Assembly: GCA_038150265.1 (NCBI GenBank)
Contig: JAYOTF010000031.1
Location: 1-30,127, forward strand
Direction: 5' to 3'
Source: Deltaproteobacteria bacterium
GTDB lineage: Bacteria; SAR324; NAC60-12
Length of the DNA stretch: 30,127 nt
How positions within the stretch are numbered: position 1 is the first letter of the stretch; each line of letters begins with the position of its first letter. The notes beneath the pieces are model-generated. The model was given only the letters and a program-made list of their open reading frames with translations, had not been told where the DNA came from and ran no database searches. The translations under genes and the position numbers were made by a program. Shown piece by piece: positions 16,896-24,980 of this stretch.

Positions 16896-17492
16896 TCAGG
16901 TGATTTGTACCAACTCGTCTGAGCCGTTGTGTTTCAAGAGGTGCTCCCGGAGGGACTGCTGGTCGTCCGGGGTGCGGTTTTGGCTGAGCTTGGCCTTGCC
17001 CTCCCAGCGCGTGACCTGGAGCTCGAAGCCGACAATGGCCGCGAGCATCCGGGTGATCCGGGGGTTCTTCCAGTCGGCCTGCCACGGGTCCGGGCGAGGT
17101 TCCTCGTGGGCAGCAGTGAGCGCATCCACCAGCGCCATCAGCTCCGCCTCGTCTTCCAGGATCCGCAGGGTGCCCTGAGCATGAACGGCCCGGTAGTTCC
17201 AGGTGGGAACCTGATCCGGGCTCTGATACCAGCGGGGCGAAATGTAGCCATGGGCACCCGAAAAGACGGCCAGGGCCGGGGCTCCGGTCTTCAGCAGTCT
17301 GGCATGAGGATTCGCTCGAGCCAAGTGCCCGAGCAAGCGATCTCCGTCTGCAGCGGCTTCCAGGAGCAGCGGCAGGTGGGTCACTTCCGGAACCGGCTCC
17401 CCGTTGCTCAGGAGCAGACCAAAGGGGAAGGCCCGGACCAGTTGGTGACACTGGGCAAGGTCGGGTTCGCGAAAATGCGCAGGGACGTACAT
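16896..17492 (-). CDS. PaiB-family FMN-binding split-barrel protein
   Basis: MYVPAHF, GHLARANP, HGYISPRWY, VPTWNY.AVH..G, KAKLSQN. Confidence 0.9.
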   Translation of the reverse strand: MYVPAHFREPDLAQCHQLVRAFPFGLLLSNGEPVPEVTHLPLLLEAAADGDRLLGHLARANPHARLLKTGAPALAVFSGAHGYISPRWYQSPDQVPTWNYRAVHAQGTLRILEDEAELMALVDALTAAHEEPRPDPWQADWKNPRITRMLAAIVGFELQVTRWEGKAKLSQNRTPDDQQSLREHLLKHNGSDELVQIT

Positions 17493-17605
17493 GGCTGAGA
17501 CCAGAGAGGGTTTTGAGTTTCTGAGGAGAATCCCTCACAATGCAAGCGTGTTCCACGACCCCGAGACGTGCTTGCCAAGAATGCTGATGAATCCGAGTTC
17601 CTCCC

Positions 17606-18718
17606 ATGGCCCGTAAACCGTCGGGTCCACTCCGCCGCGGGTGGACCACCGGAGCCTGTGCCACCGCGGCGTCCAAGGCTGCGGGCATTGCCCTGTTCTC
17701 CGGAACCTTTCCAGAGGCGGTGACCATCCACCTCCCGAAGGGACGCTGTCCCGAGTTTGAAATCACGCACCAGGTGCTGACTGAAGGAAAGGCCACCGCC
17801 GGAGTGATCAAGGATGCCGGTGATGATCCGGATGTGACGCATGGCGCCTTGATCTGTGCGACGGTGGAGCGGGGCCTCCCCGGAACCTCCATTCAGTTTC
17901 AGGCGGGTCCGGGTGTGGGACGCGTCACCAAACCGGGGCTGCCGATTCCGCCGGGGGAGCCTGCGATCAATCCGGTTCCGCGCGAGTTGATGCGAGCCGC
18001 GCTGACCGAAGTGGCGGAGCAGTACCAGGAGGCTCCGGACCTGGTGATCACGGTTTCGGTTCCAAATGGTGCCGAGCTGGCCAAGCAGACCTGGAACCCG
18101 CGGCTCGGCATCGTGGGCGGCCTCTCGATTCTTGGCACAACCGGGGTGGTGGTGCCATATTCCTGCTCCGCGTGGATTCACTCCATTCACAGTGGCATCA
18201 ACCTCGCCCGAGCCAATGCGCTTCCGCATGTGGCTGGCTGCACGGGCTCCGTCAGTGAGAAGGCCGTTCAGGCCTGGTACCAGCTTCCGGATGAGGCGAT
18301 GCTGGACATGGGGGACTTTGCTGGAGGCATGCTGAAGTACCTCCGGAAGCACCCGGTGCCACGCCTGACGATTGGGGGCGGTTTTGGGAAGCTGTGCAAA
18401 CTGGCCCACGGGCATCTTGATCTGCATTCCGGACGGAGCCAAGTCGATTTTCACTGGCTTGCCGATCAGTGGGGGGCAACCGGCGCTGCACTTCCGGAGC
18501 TGGCACGGGTAACCGAGGCCAATACGGCCAACGAGGTGCTGCTGCAGGCAGAAGCTTCCGGAGTCCCCTTGGCCGATCACATTGCCCGGCTCGCACAGGC
18601 GCAGGCCTACGCCGTGCTCCGGCACCGGCAGACGCAAGTGGAGGTGATGATCCTGGACCGTTCCGGAACCCTCGTGGGGCGGGCTCCTTTTGAAGAATCC
18701 GCTGAGGAATCCGCATGA
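17606..18718 (+). CDS. cbiD: Cobalt-precorrin-5B C1-methyltransferase
   Basis: LRRGWTTGACATAA, KDAGDDPDVTHG, GEPAINPVP, NPRLGIVGGLSILGTTG. Confidence 0.96.
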   Translation: MARKPSGPLRRGWTTGACATAASKAAGIALFSGTFPEAVTIHLPKGRCPEFEITHQVLTEGKATAGVIKDAGDDPDVTHGALICATVERGLPGTSIQFQAGPGVGRVTKPGLPIPPGEPAINPVPRELMRAALTEVAEQYQEAPDLVITVSVPNGAELAKQTWNPRLGIVGGLSILGTTGVVVPYSCSAWIHSIHSGINLARANALPHVAGCTGSVSEKAVQAWYQLPDEAMLDMGDFAGGMLKYLRKHPVPRLTIGGGFGKLCKLAHGHLDLHSGRSQVDFHWLADQWGATGAALPELARVTEANTANEVLLQAEASGVPLADHIARLAQAQAYAVLRHRQTQVEVMILDRSGTLVGRAPFEESAEESA

Positions 18719-19458
18719 ACACGCTGCTGATTTTGGGAGGCACCCAGGAGGCGTATCAGCTGGCCCAGGCATTGGCGGACGCACCGGTTCCCGGCCTGCC
18801 GCAGGTCCTGACGTCTCTTGCCGGAGTGACGGTACACCCGCGCCAGCCGGCGGGCTCCCTGCGCGTGGGTGGGTTCGGAGGCGTGGCGGGCCTGAAGGCG
18901 TTTCTCCGGAGCGAGCCCATATCGAGGGTGGTGGATGCGACGCATCCCTTTGCAGCACAAATTTCTCAGCACGCCCAGCAGGCCACTACGTCCCTGGGCG
19001 TGCCCCTGCTGCGCCTGGAACGCCCGGCGTGGGTTCCGGAGCCGGGGGAGCGCTGGCTGAGGGTTCCTGATCTTGAGGCCGCAAGTGACTGGCTGGAGGC
19101 GCACCCCGGACGTGTCTTCCTGACAACCGGGGAGCGGGGCTGGGAGGGGTTCCGGAAGTGCAACGGCTCACACTTTTGGGTGCGAACCCTGAAGGCGCCA
19201 GACCCGGAGGCGTGGCCGGAAGCCGTTTTTGTCCAGCAACGGGGGCCGTTTTCTGTGGAAGCAGAGCGGGCGTGGCTGGAGGCGCAGCAGATTTCGGTGC
19301 TCGTCAGCAAAAACAGCGGTGGCTCGGCGACCCGGGCGAAGCTGGAGGCCGCCCGGCAGCTTCAGCTTCCGGTGCTGATGATTGAGCGCCCAGAGCTGCC
19401 AGACGTTCCGACCGTGGAGACGGTGGAAGCGGCGTTACTCTGGCTGCGGCGGGGCTGA
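18715..19458 (+). CDS. cobK: (Cobalt-)precorrin-6 reductase CobK/CbiJ
   Basis: LILGGTQEA, VGGFGG, VDATHPFA, RLERP, FLTTG, RGPF, LVSKNSGG, K..AA. Confidence 0.95.
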   Translation: MNTLLILGGTQEAYQLAQALADAPVPGLPQVLTSLAGVTVHPRQPAGSLRVGGFGGVAGLKAFLRSEPISRVVDATHPFAAQISQHAQQATTSLGVPLLRLERPAWVPEPGERWLRVPDLEAASDWLEAHPGRVFLTTGERGWEGFRKCNGSHFWVRTLKAPDPEAWPEAVFVQQRGPFSVEAERAWLEAQQISVLVSKNSGGSATRAKLEAARQLQLPVLMIERPELPDVPTVETVEAALLWLRRG

Positions 19459-20214
19459 TTTTTTGGGCCGGAGGATGTGGGCGTGTTCAACGTGGTAGAG
19501 CGCGCTGTCCCGGAATTCCTGAGCTCCGAGCACCCGTCCGACGAAGATCAGGGCGGTGCGGCTGATCCTGGCCTCTCGGACCTGCTCGCGGATGGTGGCG
19601 AGGGTTCCGTGCAGAAACTGCTCATCCGGCCACCCGACGCGGTAAGCTACCACCACCGGGCAGTCGGCGCCGTAGTGCGGAATCAGGGTGTCCTGAACGT
19701 GCTTGAGGTTTCCGATGGAGAGGTGAATGGCCAAGGTGGCTCGGGTGCGTCCGAGGCTGTCAAGGTCCTCGCCTTCCGGCATGGCCGAGGCATGGCGACT
19801 GGTGCGGGTGGCGATGACGGTCTGGCTGATTTCCGGGAGGGTCAGCTCCTGCTTCAGGGCTGCGGCCGCGGCCGCGTAGGCAGGCACGCCGGGCGTGACG
19901 TCGTAGTCGATGCCAAGAGCGTCCAGGCGTCGCATTTGCTCGGCAATGGCTCCATAAAGCGAGGGGTCTCCCGAGTGGACTCGTGCGACGTTCTGTCCGG
20001 ACTCGTGCGCCTTGACCATCTCGGCGATGATTTCATCAAGGTGCATGGGCGCGGTGTCACGAATCTGGGCGTCTGCTGGAGCGTAGGCGAGGATTTCCGG
20101 GGGCACCAGCGAGCCGGCGTAGAGGCACACCGGACAGGCGGCGATGAGGTCTCGTCCCCGGACCGTGATGAGGTCGGGCGCACCGGGACCTGCGCCAATG
20201 AAATGTACGGTCAT
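19435..20214 (-). CDS. cobM: Precorrin-4 C11-methyltransferase CobM/CbiF
   Basis: VHFIGAGPGAPDLIT, LYAGSLV, ARVHSGDPSLYGA, ELTLPEISQT, WPDE. Convergent with cobK, 3' ends overlap. Confidence 0.96.
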   Translation of the reverse strand: MTVHFIGAGPGAPDLITVRGRDLIAACPVCLYAGSLVPPEILAYAPADAQIRDTAPMHLDEIIAEMVKAHESGQNVARVHSGDPSLYGAIAEQMRRLDALGIDYDVTPGVPAYAAAAAALKQELTLPEISQTVIATRTSRHASAMPEGEDLDSLGRTRATLAIHLSIGNLKHVQDTLIPHYGADCPVVVAYRVGWPDEQFLHGTLATIREQVREARISRTALIFVGRVLGAQEFRDSALYHVEHAHILRPKKSAPPQPE

Positions 20215-20218
20215 GAGA

Positions 20219-20686
20219 TTAGATGGACCGTTCTTTCGGATCCACCACCGCGTTGATGGCATTGATGATCCGGATCATCTCCTTGTTGATGGAGATGGGA
20301 GAGAAGACAAGGATCGCGTTGCGGCCTTCGCCGTGAATGAAGTTGATGAGCGCATTGTTCGGAAGCGCGGTCTTTTGGACCCGGAAGAAGTCGTAAACTT
20401 CTGGCTCATTCCGCTTCTCGAGCCGCAGCAGCTCATTGAAGTTGTCTCGGTTGATGTTCTTGAGCAGGTGGTTGAGCTCATGATCAAGCCCCTGCTTGAG
20501 GCGCCGGCTCAGTTCCTTGATGGGGTGCCCGTTGGCGTCGCTGGACTCGCGACGGGCGGTATCGGAGAAGATGGCAAGGCCAAAGCGGGACTGGTGAATG
20601 CAGCTGATGAAGAGGCTGTCCAAGCCCTTTTCCCAATCATTGAATTTATAAAAATGGGCCTGATTGAGAGACTGTTTTGCAGACAT
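20219..20686 (-). CDS. Hypothetical protein (155 aa)
   Basis: ATG start, globular-looking composition, ends 4 nt before the cobM start. No recognised motif. Confidence 0.7.
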   Translation of the reverse strand: MSAKQSLNQAHFYKFNDWEKGLDSLFISCIHQSRFGLAIFSDTARRESSDANGHPIKELSRRLKQGLDHELNHLLKNINRDNFNELLRLEKRNEPEVYDFFRVQKTALPNNALINFIHGEGRNAILVFSPISINKEMIRIINAINAVVDPKERSI

Positions 20687-20991
20687 GAGGTTCCCTGAAG
20701 TGAGGGGGCACCCGACCTGCCTCAGGTGCGACCAGCAGGAGCAGCAAGTGCCAAACGATGAAGAAGTTTACGGCGGTTAGCTTAACGGAAACCGACTCAA
20801 TCAATCAAGCACGATCCTGCCTCAGGGCTGCTGCCTCAGCGGGAGGCTGGCTTGAGGAGGAGTGGGGTGGAGAGTGGGGCCTAAGGGAACTTGCGGATAC
20901 CACACGGAGGGAAAGCCGTCATACTGCTCTTGAGTGGAGCGTGTGATGGAACCCTGCTGCGCTCTCGGATCCCTTGACTGAAGGAGGTGAT

Positions 20992-21858
20992 ATGGAACAA
21001 GCAACCAACATTCTGGTCCCCGTTGACTACAGTAAGATCAGCCGGGACGTGGTCGAATTTGCCGATGCCTGGGCCCATCGAGTCGGGGCCAAGCTGCACA
21101 TCCTTCATGCTTCTCCCATCCTGGATGTGGACTACTACCCGGGCACGTTTGAGCACACCTCGGAACGCGAGGATGCCCGGGAGGTGGTGCGGCTGAGTGA
21201 CTTTGTCAAGGAGCTGAACCTCCAGGCCGAGCACGACCTGCTTCACCTGCACGGCACCCCCTACCTGAAGATTCTGGATGCGGTTCGCTCGACCGAGGCG
21301 GACCTGGTGGTGATGGCTGCGCACTCCCATACGCTGCTGGGACGCCTCTTCCTCGGAAGCAACACGGACTACGTGCTCCACCACGTTCAGGTCCCGGTGT
21401 ACGTGTACCGGCAGCTCAAGGACCATGCGGAGAACCGCCTGGTGGTTCCTGTGGACCTGAGTGAAGCGAGCAAGGAGCTGCTGAAGCAGGCGGACGCTGT
21501 GGCACAGCGCGAAAACTGGGAGCTGCAGCTGCTGCACGTGGTGCAAACGGTGGATTACTCCTACTTCGGAGGCGAAGTCCACTGGGTAACGGGAGTCGAG
21601 ATCACAGCGGATCAGGCCAAGCAGGCCCTGGAAGACTTTGTGGAACCGCTGGAGCTGCAGTCTCCGTGGAAGGCGATCATCAAGTTTGGAAACTCCACCT
21701 ACCACCCGATTCTGGAGCACTGCAACGAGGTGCACCCGAAGCTGGTGATGATGGCCGGACATGAGCATTCCAGCGTCGGACGGCTCTTCCTGGGAAGCAA
21801 CACCGATTACGTGCTGCACCACACGGAGTGCCCCGTGTACGTCCGGAAGCAGCCATGA
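20992..21858 (+). CDS. Tandem-domain universal stress protein
   Basis: AAGGAGG RBS. Two USP domains (ILVPVDYS / LVVPVDLS), each ending GRLFLGSNTDYVLHH...PV.V. Confidence 0.93.
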   Translation: MEQATNILVPVDYSKISRDVVEFADAWAHRVGAKLHILHASPILDVDYYPGTFEHTSEREDAREVVRLSDFVKELNLQAEHDLLHLHGTPYLKILDAVRSTEADLVVMAAHSHTLLGRLFLGSNTDYVLHHVQVPVYVYRQLKDHAENRLVVPVDLSEASKELLKQADAVAQRENWELQLLHVVQTVDYSYFGGEVHWVTGVEITADQAKQALEDFVEPLELQSPWKAIIKFGNSTYHPILEHCNEVHPKLVMMAGHEHSSVGRLFLGSNTDYVLHHTECPVYVRKQP

Positions 21859-21927
21859 CTCCCTCCTTCATGGAGCTGGCGAAAGGGGCCGGCTCCATGA
21901 CCTTCTCACTCTTGCCAGAGGAACTGC

Positions 21928-22374
21928 ATGTCTGAGCATCAAGCCACGACTCGATGGACCCGAACCACAGAGGATTTCGAAATCAAGACCTTTGTCCGCG
22001 ATCATGAGATGACCTTTCAGGGAGGCGCTCTGCTTCCGGGGTCATCGGCTCCCGAGTATTCGGGAGACCCCGCCAAGGTGTGTCCGGAGGAAACCTTTGT
22101 CGCCGCGTTGTCGAGCTGTCACATGCTGACCTTCCTGGCGGTGGCGTCGCTCCGCAAGTTTGTTGTGGATCACTATGAAGATGCGGCCGTGGGGTGGCTG
22201 GAGAAAAATGAGGCAGGCCGGATGGCCATGACGCGCGTGGAGCTCAGGCCGAAGATTCAGTTTTCCGGCAAGCAACCGACGGCTGAAGAGCTGGAGCTGA
22301 TGCACGAGAAGGCGCACCGGGGGTGCTTCATTGCCAACTCCGTTTCCTGCGAAGTGGTCGTCGCCTCCGAGTAA
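21928..22374 (+). CDS. OsmC/Ohr-family protein
   Basis: GDP....PEE.FVAALSSCHMLTFL and AHRGCFIANSV. Confidence 0.9.
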   Translation: MSEHQATTRWTRTTEDFEIKTFVRDHEMTFQGGALLPGSSAPEYSGDPAKVCPEETFVAALSSCHMLTFLAVASLRKFVVDHYEDAAVGWLEKNEAGRMAMTRVELRPKIQFSGKQPTAEELELMHEKAHRGCFIANSVSCEVVVASE

Positions 22375-22384
22375 CCCCTTCCCT

Positions 22385-23017
22385 TCACCCGCTTGCTGGC
22401 TCTCCTGCAAACCGGAGGGCGGCAAAGGCTTCCGGAGTGTTGGCATCCTGCACCTGAAGCTGCTCCTGGGGTTCCGGAGTCACCGGAACGATCTCCCACC
22501 CTTCCCACAAGGCAATCGGACGGCGCTTGCCCTCTGCTCGCAAGCGAGGGGCGTGTTCCAGCACGTCGCGGCGGTACCAGGCGAGCAGCGGATTGGCAAT
22601 GCCACCGTTCTTGGTGCAGGCGCCATCTGCTCCCTGTCCGGCCTGCTGCAGGCGCAGCAGCCAATCGGTCCGGAGGCGTGGCAGGTCACAGCTCAGGACA
22701 AAGACCTGACGGAGTGACGGACTCAGCAACGGAACCGCATCGGCAAGGCCCTGCAGGGGGCCCTGGTCGGCCTGAGAATCCTGCCCCCACCTGAGGAAGG
22801 CCTGAGGAAACTGGGGAAAGGAGGCCTGTGGCTGATCCCTCGCCCGCATGATCACGACTTCAGCAACCAGCGGATGCAGCACGTCCAGGAGGTGCTCGAG
22901 GAGGAGCTTCCCGTCAAGCTCAAGGAAGGCCTTGTCGGCTCCCATGCGGGTGGAACGCCCTCCGGCGAGCAGAATGGCACCGGTTTCAGTCTGAAACGGA
23001 AAGGAAGAGACAACCAT
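22385..23017 (-). CDS. mobA: Molybdenum cofactor guanylyltransferase
   Basis: ILLAGGRSTRMGADKA, D....QGPLQG, LSCDLP, PLLAWY, DANTPE. Start uncertain (ATG 23017 or TTG 23050). Confidence 0.88.
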   Translation of the reverse strand: MVVSSFPFQTETGAILLAGGRSTRMGADKAFLELDGKLLLEHLLDVLHPLVAEVVIMRARDQPQASFPQFPQAFLRWGQDSQADQGPLQGLADAVPLLSPSLRQVFVLSCDLPRLRTDWLLRLQQAGQGADGACTKNGGIANPLLAWYRRDVLEHAPRLRAEGKRRPIALWEGWEIVPVTPEPQEQLQVQDANTPEAFAALRFAGEPASG

Positions 23018-23131
23018 GAAGACCTGCAAACAAGGAGAAAGGGGTTGCAACAGAAAACCATGTTCTCCGGGAGCCGCAAGCTCTTCTGGTTCGGAATGCT
23101 GAGGAAGTCGAGTGAGGAAGCAGAAAGGGTG

Positions 23132-23414
23132 CTGGAGCTACTGTCCCGCCATTGGCTTGATGGAACCATTCCACAAACCATATCAGTAGCCCCAGACAAA
23201 CGGGGAAGCCAGGAATTGCTCAGCGAGCGAAGCGCTCAGGCTGGGGCTACCGTCCCGCCATTGATCCAACAGAACCACTCTGTCAAACCATGCAGTAGCC
23301 CCAGATCCAAGCATTCTCTGTCAGGAATCTTGGGGGTGCTCAGGTTCAGACTGGGGCTGCCGTCCCGCCATTGATCCAACAGAACCACTCCGTCAAACCA
23401 TGCAGCAGCCCCAG
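23132..23414 (-). repeat. Three tandem 64-nt structured repeats (candidate ncRNA modules) with 45- and 46-nt spacers
   Basis: Copies at 23132-23195, 23241-23304 and 23351-23414. Copies 2 and 3 are identical at 61/64 positions. Each copy is closed by a 12-bp terminal inverted repeat. Confidence 0.88.
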
Positions 23415-23683
23415 AGACTGAACCTTTGCTTTTGTCGAACATCCACGACTTGGAGATCGCAGGTGAATGGGTTCGCAACCATCCGACGGGGATTACTCTG
23501 ACAGAGTTGAAAAAGCGTGGCTATACGTAAAAATACTTAATTTATCTATTCTTATCCGGATAGCGTTTTTCGGACAAAATTTCTCGGAGAGAGTTGCTTT
23601 TTTTGACCATGGTTTGCAACTTTTTTCGAGCATGCGAGAATGACTCGATCTCTCTGACTCCACCCTTCTTCGCCAGTGACCAC

Positions 23684-24529
23684 ATGCGTTTCCTGAAATA
23701 CCACGCCTTGGGTAATGATTACTTGGTGTTAGACGCCCGAGACGTCTCGGAGCCGTTGACGTCTCACCAGGTCCAGACGATCTGCCACCGCCACTACGGC
23801 ATCGGTTCCGACGGCATCCTGCTGGGGGCTCCGGAGGCCGAGGAGGGACATTTTGTGCTCAAGATTTTGAACCCGGATGGGAGCGAGGCGGAAAAGAGCG
23901 GAAACGGGTTGCGCATCTTCGCTCGCTTCCTCTGGGATGAGGGAGTGGTGCAAAGTGCCCCCTTTTCCATCCAAACTCCTGGGGGCGTGGTGCAGGCTCA
24001 GGTTCGAGAAGATGGCCGGGAGGTGACGGTCGAGATGGGTCAGGTGTCTTTTTCCAGCGAGGTGATTCCGGTAGCAGGACCGCCCCGAGAAGTGCTGGAG
24101 GAAACAATTGAGGTGGGTGGAGAGGAATTGACCTACTGCGCCGCGACCATTGGCAACCCGCACTGTGTCGTCTTGCGGCCTTCCCGCGCCGATGAGGCCC
24201 AACGCCTGGGACCGCTGCTGGAGACCGCGCCTCGCTTTCCCAACCGCACCAATGTGCAGTTCCTTGAAGTGCGAGACCGAGACCGCATCCGGATTGAAAT
24301 CTGGGAGCGGGGCGCAGGCTACACCCTGGCTTCCGGAAGCAGCAGCAGCGCCGCCGCCGCGGTTGCCCACCGACTGGGGCTGTGCGATTCAACGCTCACC
24401 GTTGAGATGCCCGGAGGAGAGATTCACATTGAAATTGATGCGGATTATCGAATTCGCATGCGCGGCGGCGTCACGCGCATTGGCGAAGGGCAGCTGGCCC
24501 CGGAAGCGTGGAGCGCTCCTCCTCAGTGA
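23684..24529 (+). CDS. dapF: Diaminopimelate epimerase, Ser/Ser active-site variant
   Basis: F.KYHALGNDY, RHYGIGSDG, NPDGSEAEKSGNG, GNPHCV, FPNRTNVQF, WERGAGYTLASGS, PGG. Confidence 0.9.
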   Translation: MRFLKYHALGNDYLVLDARDVSEPLTSHQVQTICHRHYGIGSDGILLGAPEAEEGHFVLKILNPDGSEAEKSGNGLRIFARFLWDEGVVQSAPFSIQTPGGVVQAQVREDGREVTVEMGQVSFSSEVIPVAGPPREVLEETIEVGGEELTYCAATIGNPHCVVLRPSRADEAQRLGPLLETAPRFPNRTNVQFLEVRDRDRIRIEIWERGAGYTLASGSSSSAAAAVAHRLGLCDSTLTVEMPGGEIHIEIDADYRIRMRGGVTRIGEGQLAPEAWSAPPQ

Positions 24530-24729
24530 GCGCGGCTTCAGGAGTTGGCACAAAAGTTGGAAAGGTTGGGGAGGTAGGGAATTTGCGAAAGCGCGACACG
24601 GAACTCAATGGATCGACCCGGTGCCGTCGCGATCTCGCAGAAGAAAGCGCCCCCATCGAGCCGCCGCCGTTTCGTTCTGGAAGAGTGAAGCGTGTTCTTC
24701 TGAATGTCTTGTCCTGAATGGTCCCCTGT

Positions 24730-24960
24730 ATGCAAAATCAAGGTCGGAACGTCGAAGTCCTCAACAGCCGCAACAAGGAAATCGAGTTCGAGAAAGAAGA
24801 AAACTACTTGGTGCTCTGGAGCTACATTCGCCGTCGCTACCCAGACATGGATCTGGAGTCCAAGAGCTTCCGTGACTTGATTCACCTGAAGATTCACCTG
24901 GAAGGCCCCCGGAACCTCCGTGAGTACACCGGAGACATTGCTTCGGTGCGCAAGCACTGA
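24730..24960 (+). CDS. Small hypothetical protein (~76 aa)
   Basis: Codon usage fits a real gene (GC-rich third positions, protein-like composition). Start is ATG 24730 or 24718. Confidence 0.65.
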   Translation: MQNQGRNVEVLNSRNKEIEFEKEENYLVLWSYIRRRYPDMDLESKSFRDLIHLKIHLEGPRNLREYTGDIASVRKH

Positions 24961-24980
24961 CCCCCCGCCATCGGAAGGCG

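Noticed and set aside
17493..17605. Possible cobalamin riboswitch or sigma-54 site between the PaiB-like gene and cbiD
   Set aside because: No B12-box pattern is present, and minus-strand TGGAACACGCTTGCA has 9 rather than 10 nt between GG and GC.
20716..20841. CTGCCTCAG repeated three times in the intergenic region before the USP gene
   Set aside because: Short, irregularly spaced and GC-rich; cannot be distinguished from chance.
21340..21823. Identical 15-aa repeat GRLFLGSNTDYVLHH in the USP
   Set aside because: This is the expected conserved motif of tandem USP domains, and synonymous sites have diverged.
23132..23414. CRISPR array interpretation of the three repeats with near-equal spacers
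   Set aside because: The 64-nt repeats are too long, copy 1 diverges internally while keeping its structure, the spacers share motifs, and no cas genes are in the window.
22874..23478. ORFs crossing the repeat array (22874-23374, 22986-23174, 23236-23478)
   Set aside because: The 109/110-nt period is not a multiple of three, so copies fall in different frames. Substitutions conserve base pairing rather than codons.
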